Assembly (NCBI RefSeq): GCF_009914755.1
Contig: NC_060932.1
Direction: 5' to 3' (one strand)
Origin: the human T2T-CHM13v2.0 reference genome, Homo sapiens
Length of the DNA: 64,000 bases
The translations under genes were made by a program, and so were the position numbers. Under the pieces are notes generated by a model that was not told the origin of the DNA, did no database searches, and saw only the letters and a program-made list of their open reading frames with translations. Shown here piece by piece: positions 15,723-34,772 of the stretch. The stretch's first letter is position 1, and every line of letters begins with the position of its first letter.

Positions 15723-16294
15723 TGCCGAGGTTGAGTAGGTAAACAAAGTGGCCAGGAAACTTGAACTGGGTGGAACCCACCGCAGCTCAAGGAGGCCTGC
15801 CTGCCACTGTAGACTCCATCTCTGGGGGCAGGGCATAGCCAAACAAAAGGCAGCAGAAACCTCTGCAGACTTAAATGTCCCTGTCTGACAGCTTTGAAGA
15901 GAGTAGTGGTTCTCCCAGCATGAAGTTTGAGATCTGAGAATGGGCAGACTGCCTCCTCAAGTAGGTCCTGACCCCCGAGTAGCCTACCTAGGAGGCATCC
16001 CCCAGCAGGGGCAGACTGACACCTCACATGGCCGGGTAACCCTCTGAGACGAAGCTCCCAGAGGAACGATTAGGCAGCAACATTTGCTGTTCAGCAATAT
16101 TCACTGTTCTGCAGCCCCCGCTGGTGATACCCAGGAAAACAGGGTCTGGAGTGGACCTCCAGCAAACTCCAACAGACCTTCACCTGAGGGTCCTGACTGT
16201 TAAAAGGAAAACTAGCAAACAGAAAGGACATCCACACCAAAACCCCATCAGAATGTCACCATCATCAAAGACCAAAGGTAGATAAACCACAAAG
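15270..16294 (+). promoter_or_regulatory. L1 5'UTR internal sense/antisense promoter with intact YY1 site
   Basis: CAAGATGGCC at 15281-15290; standard primate L1 5'UTR up to the ORF1 ATG; activity not shown. Confidence 0.75.
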
Positions 16295-17310
16295 ATGGGG
16301 AAAAAACAGAATAGAAAAAATGAAAATTCTAAAAATCAGAGCACCTCTCCTCCTCCAAAGGAACGCAGCTCCTCACCATTAACGGAAGAAAGCTGGAAGG
16401 AGAATGACTTTGATGAGTTGAGAGAAGAAGGTTTCAGACGACCAAACTTCTCTTAGCTAAAGGAGGAAGTTCAAACCCATCACAAAGAAGTTAAAAACCC
16501 TGAAAAAAGATTAGATGAATGGCTAACTAGAATAACCAATGCAGAGAAGTCCTTAAATGACCTGATGGAGCTGAAAACCAGAGCACGAGAACTACATGAC
16601 GAATGCACAAGCTTCAGTAGCCAATTTGATCAACTAGAAGAAAGGGTATCAGTGATTGAAGATCAAATGAATGAAATGAAGCGAGAAGAGAAGTTTAGTG
16701 AAAAAAGAATAAAAAGAAATGAACAAAGCCTCCAAGAAATATGGGACTATGTGAAAAGATCAAATCTACATCTGATTAGTGTACCTGAAAGTGATGGGGA
16801 GAATGGAACCAAGTTGGAAAACACTCTGCAGGATATTATCCAGGAGAACTTCCCCAACCTAGCAAGGCAGGCCAACATTCAAATTCAGGAAATACAGAGA
16901 AAGCCACAAAGATACTCCTCGAGAAGAGCAACTCCAAGACACATAATTGTAAGATTCCCAAAGTTGAAATGAAGGAAAAAATGTTAAGGGTAGCCAGAAA
17001 GAATGGTCAGGTTACCCACCAAGGGCAGCCCATCAGACTAACAGGTGATCTCTCGGCAGAAACTCTACAAGCCAGAAGAGAGTGGCGGCCAATATTCAAC
17101 ATTCTTAAAGAAAAGAATTTTCAACCCAGAATTTCATATCCAGCCAAACTAAGCTTCAAAAGTGAAGGAGAAATAAAGTCCTTTACAGACAAGCAAATGC
17201 TGAGAGATTCTGTCACCACCAGTCCTGCCCTACAAGAGCTTCTGAAGGAAGCACTAAACATGGAAAGGAACAACCAGTACCAGCCACTGAAAAAAGATGC
17301 CAAATTGTAA
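16295..17310 (+). pseudogene. L1 ORF1p, disrupted
   Basis: ATG GGG AAA AAA CAG; premature TAG at 16454-16456; 1-nt deletion near 16957 splits the track ORFs 16565 and 16969. Confidence 0.93.
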
Positions 17311-17373
17311 AGACCATCGATGCCAGGAAGAAACTGCATCAACTAACGAGCAAAATAACCAGCTAACATCATA

Positions 17374-21192
<3,819 letters not shown>

Positions 21193-21793
21193 ACAATGAG
21201 AACACTTGGACACGGGAAGGCCTGTTGTGGGGTGGGGGGAGTGGGGAGGGATAGTATTAGGAGATATACCTAATGTAAATGACGAGTTAATGGGTGCAGC
21301 ACACTACCATGGCACATGTATACATATATAACAAACCTGTACGTTGTGCACATGTACCCTAGAACTTAAAGTATAATAAAAAAAATGGAATCAACTTGAA
21401 ATGGAATGTTAAAATACATGTTTTAAAAGTAACTTTTAATGACTTTAATATTAAAAAAACTAAAGCTGAAGGACCTGCTTAACTTCCAGTATTCATTCCT
21501 TTACCATAATAGAATAAGCTTTTTAGAGATAACTCTGAAGTTGAGAATAAAAAGGATTTTAAAAATTAAAATCCTAGAGTTGTTAAAATTACATTTCAAA
21601 TTTTGAAAGTATCTAATTACTACTTAAAGGATGAGAAAGTTGACGCATTTCATTTCCTTTTATCTAAGCTATTATAGAATAGATTCTATAACATCAGAAT
21701 TTATAAGATGAATATTTTTAAATTATAAACCCCGCACTATTAGTTCTATATTTGAATTGATTCAATTTTCATCGACTATATTTTGTATTATAT

Positions 21794-22432
21794 TGAAGTG
21801 GCACTGTTGTCTGGGGTAAATACCTGGGGTAATCTCATGCCAAGAAGATTGAGGACATAGACACACAGGAGGAGTGAGTTTGGGAGCAGAGGTTTAATAG
21901 GCAAAAGAAAGAGAAAGGAGAGCAGTTCTCTCTTTCATGGGGTGGGGTTGGGGTAGAGGCATCTGAAAGAGAAAAGCTGGTTTGCAACAGATTTTATAGG
22001 CAGGATTGAGGAGGTGGCGTCTGATTTATGTAGGGCCCACAGATTTGTTCAACCAGGTGTGACATTTACATAAAGCCCTGGGAAAGCTGGTTGTCCCATC
22101 CTAATCTTATTATGTAAACTGGCATTCCACTTGGCCAGCGCCATCCTGTCTGCTCCTTACTGTACATGTGGCTGGCAAAGAGAAGGGATGATGGAGCCAC
22201 CATTTTGATCATGCCTAGTCCCAGGTAGCCTTTTCCTAATGGCACAACAGACAGTATTTACCTGCGTAAGCTTCCAGCCTTCTTGTTTATGTCTGCAGCT
22301 AACTTTTACAGGCTGCTCTTTGTTAGAAAAGAAAATGATCTGGAGGCTGCTTTTCATTAAAAGGAAAACCTTACTGAGGACCTCCTTATCCTCACTATCT
22401 GCCTAAATAATTTCTTTTTAACTCCTATATCA
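21794..22432 (-). mobile_element. ERV1 MER4-group solo LTR (MER50/MER61/LTR9-like)
   Basis: Reverse reads TGATATAGGAGTTAAAAAGAAATTATTTAGGCAGATAGTGAGG...TTTACCCCAGACAACAGTGCCACTTCA; TG...CA ends; 4-bp TSD ATAT. Confidence 0.85.
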
Positions 22433-22509
22433 ATATTCAACACGTCAAAAGAGCTTTGAAGTATCTTTTTTAGTTCACAGGTAGGAATACACATTCATGC
22501 ATGTGTATA

Positions 22510-22665
22510 CTTATTAATTTATTTATTCTAAAGTGTTGAGTGTCTGCCATATACCAAGCACCATACACTGAGGTTCCAATGCTAAATGAAACCAGAAAGC
22601 ACCCCTCCTTGCATGAGGCTACATTAGAGTCTGGGAGCAGATGTAATGTTAGATGACAGATCAAA
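22510..22665 (-). mobile_element. L2 3' fragment
   Basis: TTTATTC...TTGAGTGTCTGCCATATACCAAGCAC...CCCTCCTTGCATGAGGCTACATT pattern. Confidence 0.5.
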
Positions 22666-23082
22666 AACACAAGCATGTATACTCAGCCCTCAAGAAATGT
22701 CAATTTCCTACCTATCTTGATCTTTTTCCACCCCTATTTCATTTTGAAAACTCCATTGCAGACCTCCCTTACTCCAATCTCTTAGGTTCTCCTCTTAGCA
22801 TCCATCAATAGCTCAGTCCTCATTTATCACCCTTCATCCTGCGCTGAAGTCTTTATAACTATCTCTGATGCAGGGACCTAATCTTATCAATCTACTTTTC
22901 TCTACCATTTCTCACAGCCTGCCTTGTAATACATATTTTTAACATGTTAGCAAATGTGGTGAGGGAATCTTTCACTGATTAACTAAACAGATAGCTTTGA
23001 GAAAGCAATAATTTGTTAAATGGCAAAGGGCATTAAGTCAGCAAAAGAAGACCTACATAGGTTAATGTGGCTTTATCTGAGA

Positions 23083-23280
23083 ATAAAAATAGTAACAGTC
23101 TCTAACATTTACTGCATTCACTATTTGCTAGGCACTATACCACGTATGCAAATGATTTAATTTAAATCTTATAGCAATCCTGTGAGGCAGGTGTCTATTT
23201 TACTAATGGGAAAACTGGGACATAGTTCCTTGCCCAAGGTAACAAAGCTAATGGTGAAGTTTTTACTCTAACTATGATAT
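23083..23280 (-). mobile_element. MIR
   Basis: CTAACATTTACTG...CTAGGCACT...TTTAAATCTTATAGCAATCCTGTGAGGCAGG...GAAAACTG...CTTGCCCAAGGTAACA. Confidence 0.7.
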
Positions 23281-23389
23281 CAGAAGGACTTAATGAGCTT
23301 CTAAGTATGACATGAAACTTAGTATGGCCAACAACAAAAGAAACACAATTTTAAAAGCTTTAAAGCAGTTTCTAAGAAGACAATGTTAG

Positions 23390-23560
23390 CATAGAATTGT
23401 AGACTATAGGGGCTTGAAGGGACTTTAAAAAGATGTAATCCAACTCCTACATCTTGTAGATTCAAAAAACACTTCAGATTCTGATAGGTCCTTTGACTTG
23501 CCTACATATTATAACTAATGTGTATAAAACTTGAGCTCCCTCCCACCAATAGCTAATGCT
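23390..23560 (-). mobile_element. MIR3/MIRc-like fragment
   Basis: CATAGAATT...GCTTGAAGGGACTTT...AATCCAACTCC...GACTTGCCTA. Confidence 0.5.
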
Positions 23561-23684
23561 TACACTGTGTTCTGAATTTCATTTCTTCTTGACTTCCTCA
23601 AAAACTTTGTTTCATTTCTCTTTGCATCATCCATCTATCCTTCTGTTTTGGTTACTTTTCAACAGCAGAAATATACTCAAATAG

Positions 23685-24307
<623 letters not shown>

Positions 24308-24364
24308 TTGATGGTCTTTGTTTCAAGACCCTACACCTCCACAGTCATACTTCTTGAAATGCAT

Positions 24365-24860
24365 ATGCACTAGAGATTGCTGCCTTCTCAACCCTCCGTT
24401 CTTCCACAACTCATTCCATCCAGTTTCCAACCCCATCAATCCTCCAAAATTGTTCTCATCATTTTAAATCCTTCCATGTTATCAATTCCAATAGGCCCTT
24501 CTTGTCCTTACCTTATCCAACATCTAAACGGCTTTTAGTACTATAGATCACACTGTTCAAAACACTCTCTTCTCTTGGTGTTCCTTATACAGGGAGTTTT
24601 GAATACCAGCTCTGCTATTTTCTAGCTGGGTTATTTGGAGTAAACTATTTAATCTCTCTGAGACTTGATTTCCTAATTCATAGAAGAGATCTAAAAATAC
24701 CCCTATTTCACTCAATTTCTCTAGAAACATACAGTATAATTTTTGGAATTTTTTTCTCCATTTATGAATTAAATTCAGCAGGCATTATAGTTCTGCATTA
24801 ACTGTATGCATCTGCAAGAAGATCCAAAAGCTATACTATAAATGTAAGATTATTGCATTT
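24365..24860 (+). mobile_element. L2 fragment followed by MIR fragment(s)
   Basis: CAACTCATTCCATCCAGTTTCCAACCCCATCA...CTCTTCTCTTGG (L2); TTTGAATACCAGCTCTGCTA...TTTAATCTCTCTGAGACTTGATTTCC (MIR core). Confidence 0.55.
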
Positions 24861-26569
24861 AATATGACTATTATTAGTTTCTTTATGTTCAACAGACTCA
24901 GGTTCTGATTAGTTCACATTTGTTCACAGTAAACAGCAGTGTTTATATGAGAAAGGCAGGACTCCCCACAAAAAATTTTGATAAAGGATATTTAGCAAAT
25001 AATGAAATTGTCATAAGTGCTATAAACTACTAAATACTTAGTCAAAGCTTACTTAGCATTATGACCAAACTTTCAAAGCCGTGGAAAGCTACTATAACAT
25101 TAAATACTACAAAGCTTGCTTCTTCCACTCTCAAGAGAAAAGCAATTATAATTTGTAAATGGCCAACTCAGTTGGTTTTGAAAAGTCACTTTGTAATTAC
25201 ATTCAGCACAGGGTTAATTGGAGGACTGTTTCCCTGATTTAACTTAAATGTTCATGTAATTAGCTAATTGTTGTATGTGTAATCAATATTAAGAAAGCCA
25301 TTTGTTTGAATATAATTCCATTTTTATGACTGAACAACACTCTACTGAAAACAAATCTATGTAAACGATATTATTTGGAAAGAAAAAAAAAGCTTTTGAA
25401 TTAACTCATGAAGTATGTAATTTATCCAATGGTAAAGATGCCTCTCTGGACTTTCCTGATGTATAAGCATGTTTTTCAATGGAAGCATTACCAGGTTGAT
25501 AGCCCAAACGTGTCTGTTGGAAATACAGATGCTTTAAGCATTATCTCACATGCATGTGGTTAAGAGACTTCTACACATGGAAAGCACAGTCTTAATTAGT
25601 TACCTCTCAAACAGGGGCACATTGCCCTCTTGTAGTTGTACCAGCTGAGCACACAGACTGGCTTTCAGCCATTTTCCATTGCCCTGGTGTTCTGAGACGA
25701 TTTTAAGTGGAACCATGAGAGTTACCACTCAGAGACCAGCATAAGCAGTCAGAGAATCTCATCACATTCCTATGAGTATGTATTTGGTTAAGTCTCTCCT
25801 GCATTGTTTTGTTGCGTTTCATAATGTTTTTCCAATTGAAAGTGGCTATAATTGTGGTACTATGAAAATAATTTAGGTTTCACTATGAGCATAAAACTTC
25901 AGCTAAACTGCCCACTCAATAATTTGTATGCAAATAAAAAGATTAATCAGCAATTATTTGCAATGCACTTACCACCTGTAATGTACTAGGCCAGTTGTTC
26001 TAACAAATAGATGGATATTACTGTGAATGAAACATATGTCTAATTTAACTATCATATTCATGTGCTGCAGAATCACTTAACCTATATATTCAGAAGCCAT
26101 TATCCTTATAATTTCAGGGCATCATTTACAATCCAGATGGCAAGAAAAAGTAGAGATACTTTATTACCTTTAAAACTTTGCTGGATTTTAAAAATGGTTT
26201 CTTCTATCATAGCACAGTATTAGCACTGCATTTCAAAGACTTATAAATGCAAAGAAAATACATTTAAAAATGGGAAAGATTCAAAATAACTGCTGCTTTT
26301 AAAATATATCAACACAGAAATGAGCATTACATCATAAAGTAACTTGGATAGAATAATTTTATTAGAAATATTATTTCTAAAAGACATCACAAAATGTTTT
26401 ACAAAGATGATCATTGGTGTAGAGGGAAAATGAAAAGGTATGTCAGAGACCTATTTCGAATAAAAAATGTTACAGAACTTTGATGGCAAGCCAATTCAAC
26501 CAAGCATAGAAGAACCCAATGCTAGAAAAGAGTAAGCAAAATGTTAGAATTAAAGAGCTCAATAGTCAT

Positions 26570-26760
26570 CATCACTTGAGTTCTTTTATAAGCCAAACAC
26601 TATTTCAGTCCACAGAACAAACCTGCAAAGTAGACTTCATTTTTCTATTTTATAGGTAAGAGAATGGTGATCTACTTGATCTGCAGATCAAGATCACAGA
26701 AGAGAAAATAGTAGGGCTTGGAACCAAGCCTTATTTTATATCTGACCACACACATTTCTA
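26570..26760 (-). mobile_element. MIR fragment
   Basis: CACAGAACAAACCTGCAAAGTAG...ATTTTATAGGTAAG...CAAGATCACAG...GGGCTTGGAACCAAG. Confidence 0.55.
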
Positions 26761-28554
26761 AATGTTAAATTGCTGTCTTTAAGGGTTCCTTGAAGCAAAG
26801 CTCAATGTGTGGGAAGACTGGGTATCCCCCAGTGTCACATTCTGTGCCTTTATGAGAGGATATGAGCTCTAAAGTAGAAACACATAATAGTTTCTCACTA
26901 TTGTTCATGAGTTAAAACCACACTTGATCAAAGTAGGCCCTGAGAAGTTTATTTATTTTAGATATACTCTAAATGTTAGGTATATTTGTACCATCATTGT
27001 GAGGTCTAACATGAAATCTAGATGTAATAACATGTCTTAAGAAGAATGAAAATTATTTTTTGGCAATGAAGAATAATTCTTGCTATCAAAATTCTGAGGA
27101 CTGAAAACAATTACTGAAGAGTAAGTTAGAAACTATCATATTGACAAAGTTAATTTTAATAGCTAGTGTCATAATTACTGTGATTTTTCATTTATCATCA
27201 CAGTAGTGTGTCTTAGCTCCACCAGTAAAATTTAACACAGTAGACAGAACAAAATGGTAATTTGCCTGAAGATATCCTAATATGGGATGAATAACAGCAG
27301 TAATGAGAGTTAGAGAGAAAAATTAATCTAAATAAAATAATTTTATTGTAAACTACCTTACGACATAAAATATGGTGAACATTTGAGACTTCCTTTAATG
27401 GTGACCTAGAAATTTTTATATTGAGACAATCTAATAAGGGGAGCTTCAATAATTAAACTTCTTGCATAAGCTAAACAAACTTGATTTATGTGATTTAAGG
27501 ACAGAATGGTCCTGACTTTGACACCAACAGAAAATGAGACAATAAAGAGAAGCAAGTTGTAATCAAATACAGCTCAGGGCAATTAAAGAGATGACCACCA
27601 AATAGGATATAGTCATTAGCAATAATATATATTCTAGTGTAAAAACAGATGAAGGCCCTGAGAGACACTGAATCCATTCCTTCAAAGGAGTGTAACAGTA
27701 TAACAACAACAAAAATCTATAATCGTATATGTGACTTTTACCATCCTGTTTAGTCTCTTCTTCCCTTCTTGCCCCAGTACACGTAGAACCTGACCTAGTT
27801 CTTAAAAAAACGTCCCTTGTAATTCCTCTAGCGCATAAGAAGACACCCTCAGGGAAATACACATGATTAACTAGATTGACATCAGTGCATAAAGATGTGT
27901 TGCTTGCACAGGAACTAGGGGCAAGGAAAAAGAGAAGAACGAAGAAAACATCTATATTAGAACTCTGATTTTCCATTGCTCACCTTTTCAAATGTAGGAA
28001 CCCTTGAAATACTTGTACATGTCTCCGGTGGATTATCTCAGCAAAGATGGGAATTAGTGGTTAAGAATGTGGAGGATGCAATTCAAGAACATTACCTGCA
28101 TCTTCCCACTGTTAGAATTACTTGTAATGAGGTAGAAATAGAAAAAATATCAGCAAGTTTTCAGGTCCATATTGTCTTTGATATATTTCACAAAGCTGAA
28201 ATTGATCAATCAAAATAGTTCCCAAATTTGTCAAAGCATAAATATTTGCATGCATATACAAACATGTACACACATACACACAATGTTTACTTGCTTAAAG
28301 TAGGCTGCATACAGAGTTATTACATATGTATTCTCTTTTCCAAGGACAGCACAGTAAGGCAGATTTTGTGACGTCCTTATTAACAAGCCTAAACTGAAAT
28401 CCTCACCTTTTTTTTCTTTGCATTTACAACTCATTCAAAAATAGAAAATGTCCACTTGAGGGCAAGATATGAATGATGGTACTTGCAGCAATGGCAGATT
28501 CTTCTTTCCACATCTTTTAAATGTCTTCATACCTACATGTACCCAGCGTATTAT

Positions 28555-28720
28555 GTCCACCATTCTCAAACATGGCAACACATTAGAGTCATGGGCAGAG
28601 GTTTTTGAAAGTAGTGATACACTGGTCTCACCCTGAACTGTTGGAATTAGAATGTCTGAGTTGCAGCCTGAGGCAGGAAACCACGGTGCTATGTGATTCA
28701 GCAGTCAAGTTTAAATCACA
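28555..28720. mobile_element. MER5-like hAT-Charlie MITE, decayed
   Basis: TTCTCAAAC...ACATTAGAGTCA...AATTAGAATGTCTG...GTGATTC...AAGTTTA. Confidence 0.5.
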
Positions 28721-29446
28721 CATACAGAACCTTGTTATTACTTAATATTGGTAGGTATTGTCATGGACTTGGTGTCTTTATAATAGTTGCTGAAGCTCAT
28801 ACCACCCTTTATTTCCTTCTTTCCCAGACATCTCCTATAGCCATTTTTTGCCCTTTGAGATATTTAAAATAGTATCTTCTGATCTAGTGACCCCAGACTT
28901 CTATTGTTTCTTCATTTATGATCACCTTGCCTCCCAGTGGGACATTATTCAAGTTTCAAATCAATTCTACAGAAACAGGAACAATCGTCCCCCGAGGCTG
29001 TGGACTCATTATGGTAAATCCAGAGAATAATTCTAGCTTTTTCTCCTAAATAAAATTTTATATATACTTTGCAATCACCAAAGCCTAAAATGAATGTCTA
29101 AGGCTTCAGTCTTCTTAGACAGAAATTGATTAGTCCTAACTTTAGGTTCTATCTCTTCATCCAGCTGTCATATTTATTGACATTAAATCCTGGTATTAGG
29201 ACATAAATCAAGCCAGGACTAAAATAGAAGTTTTGCACATCATAGTCTGCTGCAGGTCTTAATCAACTCTCACTCTTCCTCCGCCTCTCCCTCCTGCCCA
29301 CCCCCAATTTAAATTAAATGAAATTGCTAGTGTTTTTCCTTTGTCTGTTTGTCTCTCAACTTCACCTCCAAATATCCTTACAGCAGTTTATAAAGATCTT
29401 ATTTGCTTAAATTTGGTGGCCTCTCTATGGGTTATATACCAGGTGA

Positions 29447-29771
<325 letters not shown>

Positions 29772-29844
29772 AATTTTTCCGTTTATTAAAAAAAATTTAA
29801 CTTATTTTAGAAGACTTACTCTATGCCTGGCATTCTACTTTTCT

Positions 29845-31678
<1,834 letters not shown>

Positions 31679-32370
31679 TAAAACTAAACTTTTCTAAAAT
31701 GACTCCATTCACTAATCTCAGGTGGACATTGAAGATAAGTTTGAAAATACCTTCAAGGGGAAGACAGGGATTGGCAGTTAAAGGATTCTTACACACACAT
31801 GCTGGGAACTTCAGTGCACTGGGTCCTGTGGTTGTGTGCTGGAGGACCCTGCTGAGTACATACAATGGCTTGTTTCCTCCCTGCACATGTGCCTTTCTGG
31901 TGGTTTGAGTTCAGATAATGTGTGTAGGACTCTGTTAAGTAAAAATTAATAGAGAATCCAACACAAATTATTGCAAAAATTGCACTTTTTTTTTACTGTA
32001 AAACTTGGCATTGTAGAGATAGAGGGAATAAAGCAAACACCCATAATTTTACATACAGCAATAATGTCTTATAGTCATGATTGAAGTGTACTTTAGGAGA
32101 GCAGTATAGGAATCATTATATACTTCTATTAAAAGTCACAAAATAAAATGGAAGATCCTTGAAGGCAAAGGCAACCAACATATTGTTTATCATTGTATTT
32201 TATGCTAGGTATCCCATGACGATTTCAAAATATGTTGTTCCTTACTGACAGAAATAAATTAGCTTGAATTTGTTCTTATGAATAAATTAGGATCTAACCC
32301 CAAAGATAAAAATATCTGATAAAATAGAACTGACATCCAAATTATTACCCAAACATGTAATCTACCATAG

Positions 32371-32543
32371 CAGTGGTTCTCAAACTATAGTTTGCATTAA
32401 TGATCTGAAGTGCTTGTTAAAATACAAATTGTGGCCCCATTTCAAGTTTCTGATTCACTATTGTGGGAAACACTGAAATGCAGCCTCAAAATTGCATTTT
32501 CAGGTGATGTGGCTTGTCCTGGGGACCACATTGAGAATCACTG
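32371..32543. mobile_element. MER5A hAT-Charlie MITE
   Basis: TIRs CAGTGGTTCTCAA...TTGAGAATCACTG; 8-bp TSD TACCATAG/TGCCATAG. Confidence 0.88.
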
Positions 32544-32729
32544 TGCCATAGCAACAGCAATTTTATTAAAAAGTCAGAAGGTCATATTAATCTCATTGAT
32601 TCCAGGAGTACTATTACATAAACTTCACTAATCTGGTATTAAGATGAGACAGGGAAGAAAAGGAGAACAGTCTCTTAATATCCAAATAGAAAAAAAAAAA
32701 ATCAGTGAAGGTTTTTAGGGATACTTGTA

Positions 32730-34210
32730 TTTTTATTATCATTATTGTAATCTAATGGACATATACTAAACTGTATATTTAAAGATATAATTTGCTAAGT
32801 TTTGACCTGTGAAATCATCCCCATTATCAAGATAATGAACATGGCCATCACCCCAAAAACTTTCCTCATGCTTCTTTGTGATACCTCTGATATGGTTTGG
32901 CTGTGTCGCCACCAAAATCTCATCTTGAATTGTAGCTCCCATAATTCCTATGTGTCATGGGAGGGACCCAGTGTGAGGTAAGTGAATGATGGAGGTGGGT
33001 CTTTCCATGCTATTCTCATAATAGTGAATAAGTCTCATGAGATCTGATGCTTTTATAAACAGGAGTGCCCCTGTACCCACTCTCTTGTCTGCCACCATGT
33101 AAGATATGTCTTTGCTTCTCCTTTGCCTTGATTGTGAGGCTCCCCCAGACATGTGGAACTGTGAGTCCATTAAACCTCTTTCCTTTATAAATTGCCCAGT
33201 CTTGATAATGTCTTTATTAGTAGCATGAGAACAGATTAATAAAACCTCTTTCTCACCCATTCCCTGGCAGCCATTCATCCACATTCTGTCACTATAAATG
33301 GATTTAATTTTATAGAATTTTGTATAAATTGAATCACATGCTATGCACCCTTTTTTAATCTGGCTTCTTTCACTCAGTGTAATTATTTTGAGAGTCATTA
33401 ATCTTCTTGCCTATATCAACAGCTCATTCCTTTTCATTGCTGTGTAGTGTTCCATTGTATAGATATATACCATTATTTTTTATCCATTCACTGGTTGATG
33501 ACCTTTGAGCTGTTTCCAGTTTGGGCTACTATAAATCAAACTGCTATAAATATTCAAGTACATAAATGACATATGCTTTTACTTCTCTCGGGTAAATGCC
33601 TAGGAGTGGAATATCTGGACCATATAGTGGATGTACCTTTCACCTTTCAAGAAACTGCTACATTGTTTTCCAAAGAGATTGTACCAGTTTTACATTCCCA
33701 CCAGCAATGGATGATAGTTTCAGTTTTTTCACAAACTCTCCAAAACTTGGTACATCCAGTCTTTCAAACTTTTAACCATTTTACTAAGTATGAAGTGGTA
33801 TCTCATTGTGGATTTAATTTTAATTATGAAGTACAGTCTTTTACATACAGTTATACTTTGTGGAAAAGACTATCATTTGCCACCGAATTACGTTTCCATC
33901 TTTGAAGAAACTCAGTTGCCAATATATATGTAGGACTACTTCCACGATTGCTGTTCTGTTCCCTTGTTCTATTTGTCCATGTTTACGTCCGTAGCACACT
34001 ATCTTGATTACTGCAGCTTTACACTAACTCTTGAAATCAGATAATGGTATTTCTCCAACTTTATCTTTCTTTTTTAAACTGGTTTTGATTATTCTGGTTC
34101 TTTTGCATTTCCACAAGAACTTAAGGGTCACTTTGTCAGTTTCTACAGATAAATTGGAATTTTGATTGGGACTGAATTTAATCTACAAATCAATTTGGAA
34201 AGAATATAAT
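32730..34210 (-). mobile_element. Old L1M (L1MB/MC-like) 3' region split by THE1
   Basis: Reverse L1M 3'UTR/ORF2 motifs (TGGCTTCTTTCACTCAG, TTTACATTCCCACCAGCA, GTGGTATCTCATTGTGG); track peptide MTLKIITLSERSQ. Confidence 0.78.
32888..33243 (+). mobile_element. THE1B/C-like MaLR solo LTR
   Basis: TGATATGGTTTGGCTGTGTC...ATTAAACCTCTTTCCTTTATAAATT.CCCAGTC...GAACAGATTAATA; TSD ACCTC. Confidence 0.92.
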
Positions 34211-34313
34211 TCTGTCTAATTATATCTAAGTAACTTATATCCCACAGTATTTTAAACTTTCAACAATGTTGATCAATATAATATTTTCTTTAGAAATGTA
34301 AAATAGCCTAAAC

Positions 34314-34510
34314 CAGGGGTGAGCGATCTTTTTCTCTAAACATTCAGATAGTAACTCTTTGGGACTTGAGGGCATATGGCCTGTTACTGCTCAGCCATTC
34401 CACTGTAATAGAAAGGTAGCCATGGAGAATATGTAAATGAATGGCTTTGGCTATAGTCCAATAAAACTTTATTTACCAAAAGAAGTGGCAAGTCAGATTT
34501 GGTCACTGTT
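34314..34510 (+). mobile_element. MER58A MITE
   Basis: CAGGGGT...CAGATAGTAA...GTAGCCATGGAGAATATGTAAATGAATGG...CCAATAAAACTTTATTTAC. Confidence 0.8.
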
Positions 34511-34519
34511 CTGAACCAT

Positions 34520-34772
34520 TATTTACTGGCATTTTTTTTTTTACCATGATCCACAGTAAGAAATGTATTTAATATTATGGCACAATATACAACTATATAC
34601 ATATAATTGAAGCTGTCCTTTCATAAAAAAATAATCATTTACCTTGTGTAATGCATTCTGCAACTTTCTATTCTAGTCTATATAATTTTAAAAAAGAAAA
34701 ATGGCCCTAGTTAAGTAATTAAATTGATTTCACACTCAACCAATGGGTTTTGATCTGCAATTTGAAAAACAC
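34520..34772. mobile_element. hAT-Charlie fragment (Charlie4-like)
   Basis: AAATTGATTTCAC...CAATGGGT...TGCAATTTGAAAAACAC terminal-like sequence. Confidence 0.45.

Noticed and set aside
21214-21250. G-quadruplex-like tracts at L1 3' ends (also about 30022 and 62980)
   Set aside because: Standard L1 3'UTR feature
25921-25940. Octamer ATGCAAAT (also near 23146, 38795 and 42926)
   Set aside because: Expected by chance in AT-rich DNA; no adjacent SOX half-site
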